The notes under the pieces are model-generated. The model saw only the letters and a program-made list of their open reading frames with translations. It was not told the origin of the DNA and made no database searches. Of a stretch of 64,000 nucleotides of DNA, positions 59,118 to 64,000 are shown piece after piece. The position numbers and the translations under genes are program-made. Where the stretch lies: positions 186,001 through 250,000 of IMG/VR virus record IMGVR_UViG_3300035665_000001; one strand, 5' to 3'. Positions within the stretch are counted from its first letter, which is position 1. Each line of letters begins with the position of its first letter.

Positions 59118-59705
59118 ATGGATATTTTTGAAATAGCTCAGAAAGGTATGGAAATCCAAGAAGTTGAAAGGGTTGAAAAACTTAAAGAAGCGGCTGAAAT
59201 AGAAAAAACTAAAGCGTACAAATTAGAAATTTTTGATGTTATTAGAGCTGCCGAAAATAAAGATTATGATTGGTTTAATCGTTTGGGTGAGAACCAAAAA
59301 CATTTTCAACCGTTTATGTTAAATTTATGGTTGGGTATGTTGTGGAATGTAAAAAATACACAAAAAAAATTCAATAATAATGATATGATTTATGCTGAGT
59401 TGATTAAAAGTATAAATCATAATTTAAACAGACACGTATACAACACTCCAAAAGAATTATTTTGGTTATTAGCTTGTATAATTCAAGAGTATGACGCACC
59501 ATTCGATGTAGATTATAAAAAATCATTAAAAAAAATATCAGGCGAAAAATATAATAAAAAGGTTATTGATTATATGTCTAAAGAATTATTATCTTCAAAA
59601 GAGAAAATTCTTGATATGATTGATATGGGTTTAATAACCAATGAGGATATGATTGAAATTGAAAAAGATTTGGAAACTCTTGAAGATCAACGAAAAAAGA
59701 AGTAA
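59118..59705 (+). CDS. Possible clamp-loader small subunit (gp62-like)
   Basis: IFDVIRAA..K...F..FQPFMLNLWLG resembles gp62 homologues; lies in the replication cluster. Confidence 0.45.
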   Translation: MDIFEIAQKGMEIQEVERVEKLKEAAEIEKTKAYKLEIFDVIRAAENKDYDWFNRLGENQKHFQPFMLNLWLGMLWNVKNTQKKFNNNDMIYAELIKSINHNLNRHVYNTPKELFWLLACIIQEYDAPFDVDYKKSLKKISGEKYNKKVIDYMSKELLSSKEKILDMIDMGLITNEDMIEIEKDLETLEDQRKKK

Positions 59706-59741
59706 CACTTTTAATTTAAAAATCTAAAAAAGGAACATGTC

Positions 59742-59951
59742 ATGAAACTAAAATTTCGCAATCCATTGTTAAATAAAAACAAAAAACCATGTAAATTTAC
59801 ATGTCATAATCAATCAATCAGATCTAAAGGAGTAGTTATTACTTATTCAACGGAAGAAAGTTATGAACTTAGGAGTTGTACCTCCTGTGGTAGAAAATAT
59901 ACTGCTGTATTAACCCCTGTTGGCTTGATTGAAACACAAAACAAATTTTAG
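59742..59951 (+). CDS. Small Zn-ribbon-like protein
   Basis: CKFTC and CTSC motifs. Confidence 0.45.
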   Translation: MKLKFRNPLLNKNKKPCKFTCHNQSIRSKGVVITYSTEESYELRSCTSCGRKYTAVLTPVGLIETQNKF

Positions 59952-59959
59952 GATTTCTT

Positions 59960-60337
59960 ATGTTGAGTTTAATAGAAGAGTTTAAACAAGATGCAACAAT
60001 TTTCATCTTGGTAAAAAATACAAAGGATTTTTTATATGGTGAATACCACGTTGTAGATGTCAAATATCGAAGTATGAATAATCAGTATGCTAAATTAGCA
60101 TTGAAAGTTGCACCTAAAAAACAAAGGTATTTTAAACCTACCTTTGAATTTGATGGGTTTCATATTGAATTTAAAAATCATTCAAATCAGGAATATTTAG
60201 TTTTTGAAACTTATGATGATTTAGTTCGAGAATTTTGTAATATCTTAGATAAAAATGGTGATTATGATTCAAAGTTATTTAAAAAGTTTAAAAAACTGTA
60301 TCCTCAATTTTTTAAATTTAAACATTATGATCTGTAA
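59960..60337 (+). CDS. Hypothetical protein
   Basis: 125-aa ORF with AGGA RBS. Confidence 0.55.
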   Translation: MLSLIEEFKQDATIFILVKNTKDFLYGEYHVVDVKYRSMNNQYAKLALKVAPKKQRYFKPTFEFDGFHIEFKNHSNQEYLVFETYDDLVREFCNILDKNGDYDSKLFKKFKKLYPQFFKFKHYDL

Positions 60338-60358
60338 AAACTGATAGGATAAGTTAAA

Positions 60359-60796
60359 ATGTCAATTACAATTTACACTGATGGCAGTTGTCGTGGAAAC
60401 CCTGGACCAGGTGGTTGGGCTACATTGATAAAAAAAAGTAACGGTGGTGAAGAAAAAGTTTTACATGGTAGCAATGAAAAAACTACCAATAATGTGATGG
60501 AATTAACTGCCATCATTGAGGCTTTGCGAGAAATTCAATTATCTACCGATACAACTTTACCCATAAAAATATATTCTGATAGCACTTATTGTGTTAAAGG
60601 GATTTCTGAATGGCTTCCAGGTTGGATAAAAACCAATTTCAAAGGTAAAAAAAATGTGGATCTTTGGAAAGATTACATTTCCTGTTCAAAAGGCTTAAAC
60701 ATTACCGTTGAATGGGTTAAGGCACATAATGGTCATGAAGAAAATGAATTCGTTGATAGGTTAGCGTTTGAAGAAGCTAGTAGGTATTTTACATGA
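60359..60796 (+). CDS. rnhA: Ribonuclease HI
   Basis: YTDGSCRGNPGPGGW, TTNNVMEL, YSDSTY, WVKAHNG..NEFVDRLA. Confidence 0.95.
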   Translation: MSITIYTDGSCRGNPGPGGWATLIKKSNGGEEKVLHGSNEKTTNNVMELTAIIEALREIQLSTDTTLPIKIYSDSTYCVKGISEWLPGWIKTNFKGKKNVDLWKDYISCSKGLNITVEWVKAHNGHEENEFVDRLAFEEASRYFT

Positions 60797-60952
60797 TCAT
60801 CCGATATGGATTAGTAAAAATTGATTATAATTGGATTAATACTCGAGCATATTATATTTACTTAGAAACTAACGAAGATGATGATTTTAAAAATTGGTTA
60901 CAGGCTCAGGAAGAATATTTCATTTTTGTTAATATGGATGAAGGAAGAATAA

Positions 60953-62692
60953 ATGGCTAACTATATTGATTTTGCTTATTTAGGTAAAACCGCAGACCCA
61001 ACAGGCATTAGAGTGTGGGAACAAAATTATGAAACAGGTAAAATTGATGAGAAAGATTATGACATAAAAGATTATTTGTATTTTTACATTGATGCTACTG
61101 ACGAGAACAAAATTGAAAAAAATTTAATTTCTCAAAGGGGAACAAAAGTTAAAAAAGTGGTTGCAGATAACTTTAAAGTTCTTAGAAATGGTGAATCTGC
61201 GAAAATGTTTCATAGTTTAAATCTTAATACTTATGAGTCTGATATTGAACCCTTACATAAGGTAATGTTGGATAATTATGGAAAAGATCATCAAAAAGCC
61301 ACTAATTGGAATTTAGCTTTATATGATATTGAAACGGATGTTCGTATGGAGGATTCTTTTATGGGTATGCGAGCAAATGCAGATCGAGAGATAAACGCTA
61401 TTTCTGTGTGGTATTCGAAACCAAATAAATTTTATAATTTTACCGTTGTACCACCTATGCTGCGAGATGAATGGGATTTTGATACTATTGAAACTCGTGG
61501 TAATTTTGAGATTATCTATTTTGATAATGAAGAAGAAATGCTGGAAACATTTTTCACAGTTACAAAAAAACATGAAACTATGGCATTAGGTGCGTGGAAT
61601 GGGGATTTTTTCGATACCAAGTATATTTTTGATAGATGCAAAAATATTTGGAAAGAAAAAGGTGCTGCAGAACGAATGGGGCGGTTTACAAAAGTTAAAA
61701 AAACTAAAATCATGTTGGGTGAAAAAGAAGAAATTTTGGTTAGACCAATTGGTATGATTTGGTACGATTGTATGGAGGCTTATAAGAAAAATGGTCCAGA
61801 ATTAGAATCGTTTGCTCTAAATGCTGTAGTTGAACATGAAAATTTGGGAAGTAAGTTAGATTTTGAAGGGTCGTTTGAAACTTTATATCACGGAAGTAGA
61901 AAAGATAGAGATAGATTTTTAGAATTAACACCAAAGAAAAAAAGAAAAAATTTGATTAAAAAATCTAATGAGATTGGAAACTCGGTTATTTCTGATTTGG
62001 GGTTATATAGCGAATGTAAAGATATGTTGAAGATGGATACAAGCATCGAAGAATATGAATTGGAAACTCGAATTCAAATAAGTATTACTGATAGATTGGA
62101 AGAGCTTCTCAAAATGAATGAAACCAAAGAAGATTTAGGTGATATGTTTGAGGATTTTGAACGATTTGTAGTGTATAAAAAGTTAACAGATACTTATAGA
62201 CTTTTTGTTGATTATTCTAATCAGGATAGTCAACTTTTACATGATTTAGAAATGAAGTTGGAAAAATTTAAAACTCTTATGATGTTGGCACAGTATAATG
62301 TATCATCGTTTTATGATGTATTTTCTACACTCAAACAGGTTGAACAGGGTATTACTAATTTTGCTCATTTATATAATAATAAAGTTGTTATTGATCGAGA
62401 GTATGATAAGAAAAAACAGATTTATAATAAATTTGTTGATAAAGATTTGTTACAAATCAGAATCGACAATGATACTCGTATACAACCAAATGATAATCGG
62501 AAGATAAGAGAAATAAAAACTCTTTTGGAGCAAAAAAAAATACCTGGAGCCAACGTGCTTCAACCATACGTAGGATTGATTTCTTACAATGAGGCGGAAA
62601 CACCACAGTTAGCAAGAGAATTCAAATCATTAAAAAATGAATTGCGAGAAATAGATGAACAGTTAAAACAATTTGAAATGGATGAAAATTAG
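60953..62692 (+). CDS. polB: Family B DNA polymerase N-terminal (3'-5' exonuclease) subunit of a split gene
   Basis: ExoI YDIET, ExoII WNGDFFD, ExoIII YSNQD; ends PGANVLQPYVG plus a coiled coil, before polymerase motif A. Confidence 0.85.
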   Translation: MANYIDFAYLGKTADPTGIRVWEQNYETGKIDEKDYDIKDYLYFYIDATDENKIEKNLISQRGTKVKKVVADNFKVLRNGESAKMFHSLNLNTYESDIEPLHKVMLDNYGKDHQKATNWNLALYDIETDVRMEDSFMGMRANADREINAISVWYSKPNKFYNFTVVPPMLRDEWDFDTIETRGNFEIIYFDNEEEMLETFFTVTKKHETMALGAWNGDFFDTKYIFDRCKNIWKEKGAAERMGRFTKVKKTKIMLGEKEEILVRPIGMIWYDCMEAYKKNGPELESFALNAVVEHENLGSKLDFEGSFETLYHGSRKDRDRFLELTPKKKRKNLIKKSNEIGNSVISDLGLYSECKDMLKMDTSIEEYELETRIQISITDRLEELLKMNETKEDLGDMFEDFERFVVYKKLTDTYRLFVDYSNQDSQLLHDLEMKLEKFKTLMMLAQYNVSSFYDVFSTLKQVEQGITNFAHLYNNKVVIDREYDKKKQIYNKFVDKDLLQIRIDNDTRIQPNDNRKIREIKTLLEQKKIPGANVLQPYVGLISYNEAETPQLAREFKSLKNELREIDEQLKQFEMDEN

Positions 62693-63924
62693 ATTCTCTC
62701 TTTAATTAGATTCACACATTTTTCTACCATCTGTTCTATATTTTCTTTTGTTTCATAATCCCAAATTTCGATTACAGTGAACCCTTTTTTTTCAGCAGAT
62801 GCTAATTTTAATCTGTCCAATTCAAATTTTTCATCTGCTGATTTTCCTGTCCAAGGACATCTCCATCGTTCCCATTGCTCAGTTGTTAATTTTTCTTTTG
62901 ATGGGTGTACATGACTTCCATTATATTCAAAAATTAATTTTAGTGGTAAAATAGTATAATCGAATGAATGCAGTTTTGTACCTTCTTCAATTTTGTATTC
63001 ACAAGAGTTTTCAACGCCGTAAAAAATATCAGAAAAATCAATACCGTGTGCAAGTGAAAAATCAGTTAAATGTTTAAAAAATGCCAATGATTCTTTGGAA
63101 GCAATATAACCTGCATTGCTGTTTTTGTATTTTTTCCATCTGGTCAACCCTTCTTCATATCCATGAACTCTGATGAAATTCTCTTTAGTATTTGCAGATC
63201 GTTTACAAAATAGGTTGTATTTCTTTTCACCTAATTCTGTACCATACCGGGAAATGAAATTCTCCTTACTTAATTTAGATTTTTCTTTAAATTCTACCCA
63301 TTTTTGTTTTCCCAATTCTTCTCCATGCCGAAGTTTAAAATTTTCTTCGGATAGCATGCACTTTTTTTTCCATGATTTGTATTTCTTTTCACCCAATTCA
63401 ACACCATGACGTTTTTGCATTTTTTCTAAAGTTTGTCCACCTCTTGTAGAAATTGCCTTGGTAAACAATTTCAACCCTTCATCATTTCCATATTTCTTAG
63501 TGAATTTTTCTAAGGTAAGCACTTTTTTTGAATTCATTTCAGTGTATCTTCTAGATCCTTCTTCCAATCCATATTTTTCTACTTGTCCCTCTAACGTGTT
63601 ACCAATACCTTTTTTTCTGTTATTATCAAGATATTTTTTTAAACCTATCTCGTCACCATACTTTAACCTAAAATAATGTTCAGTGTTAGATTTAGTCTTT
63701 AGAAATTTTTTAAATCGGACTACTAAATTTTCTTCTAGGGTAGTGGTAGATATTAGCATACAATGAAACGAATATCTTTGTTCTTGTGTTAAATTTCCTC
63801 CCAATACTAAGTTGACGTCTTTTAATCTTTCAATCCCAATGTTTTCAAAAGTAATCCCATTCTCCTTAAAAAACTTATTGGTGAACGCTCTTTTCGTTTT
63901 TAAATTTAATTCTGAATATTTCAT
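62689..63924 (-). CDS. Free-standing homing endonuclease with Vsr-like C-terminal domain
   Basis: Many (K/R)YGxExGxxxY repeats; SFDY..IFEYNGSHVHP..GFTVIEIWD; paralog of 44807-45970. Confidence 0.75.
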   Translation of the reverse strand: MKYSELNLKTKRAFTNKFFKENGITFENIGIERLKDVNLVLGGNLTQEQRYSFHCMLISTTTLEENLVVRFKKFLKTKSNTEHYFRLKYGDEIGLKKYLDNNRKKGIGNTLEGQVEKYGLEEGSRRYTEMNSKKVLTLEKFTKKYGNDEGLKLFTKAISTRGGQTLEKMQKRHGVELGEKKYKSWKKKCMLSEENFKLRHGEELGKQKWVEFKEKSKLSKENFISRYGTELGEKKYNLFCKRSANTKENFIRVHGYEEGLTRWKKYKNSNAGYIASKESLAFFKHLTDFSLAHGIDFSDIFYGVENSCEYKIEEGTKLHSFDYTILPLKLIFEYNGSHVHPSKEKLTTEQWERWRCPWTGKSADEKFELDRLKLASAEKKGFTVIEIWDYETKENIEQMVEKCVNLIKERI

Positions 63925-64000
63925 GTTAACCGATTATTATTGTATAATTTAAATATATTATTATACAAATTTATGTATTTGAAGGTGTTTTCTTATGAAA

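Noticed and set aside
931-63676. Many antisense or nested ORFs in the track (e.g. 931-1401, 3233-3430, 13761-14051, 33112-33516, 52300-52674, 61319-61573)
   Set aside because: They overlap better-supported genes, lack RBS or motifs, and read as shadow frames.
62692-63924. Group I intron interrupting polB
   Set aside because: I recognised no P/Q/R/S core, the endonuclease is antisense and abuts the stop, and the ORF ends in a coherent coiled coil; not excluded without downstream sequence.
1-64000. DGR reverse transcriptase, Avd or template repeat in the window
   Set aside because: No ORF shows RT motifs (QG..SP, YxDD) and I found no AAY-rich copy of the VR scaffold by eye; all copies are mutagenised forms.
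1-64000. CRISPR array or tRNA genes
   Set aside because: I saw no regularly spaced 25-45 nt direct repeats with unique spacers and no convincing T-loop/cloverleaf; a tRNAscan-SE/CRISPR finder run would be needed to exclude weak cases.
1-64000. Stop-codon reassignment (code 15 or 4) explaining the split genes
   Set aside because: TAG and TGA end many normal genes; fragments are separated by multiple stops, RBSs, terminators and other genes; the TAG near 35548 and the TGA in the 28018 copy replace Trp codons in loci with other lesions.

Overview
Very AT-rich, gene-dense 64 kb segment read in standard code 11. It is best interpreted as part of a T4-like jumbo bacteriophage genome: gp17-like terminase, RecA/UvsX, family-B DNA polymerase, RNase HI, homing endonucleases, sigma70-like early promoters and TAAATA-type late promoters. 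Layout: 1-20 kb virion-associated/late and accessory genes; 20.7-43.7 kb one long + strand array of small ORFs; 44-64 kb packaging, iron uptake and replication genes. Main observations: (1) the large terminase is in at least three pieces joined by two atypically split inteins, and two consecutive pieces lie about 29 kb apart on opposite strands; (2) RecA is in three pieces joined by two further split inteins, one with an 18-aa N-half, and PolB ends before its polymerase motifs with no intein; (3) about 11 Lcl/DUF1566-like domains in 7 loci over 10.6 kb carry variable regions with the NNY signature of DGR adenine mutagenesis, including a gene with three tandem variable regions, yet I found no RT or template repeat in the window; (4) about nine unrelated helical proteins share a C-terminal ..[YFK][LI][PST]xx[IVMA]xx[ILV][ILMF]F tag; (5) a complete Fe3+ ABC transporter and a class V aminotransferase are present as auxiliary genes; (6) there are non-autonomous IS200/IS605 end/omegaRNA-like remnants. 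All family assignments come from motif recognition by eye; no database search was run.
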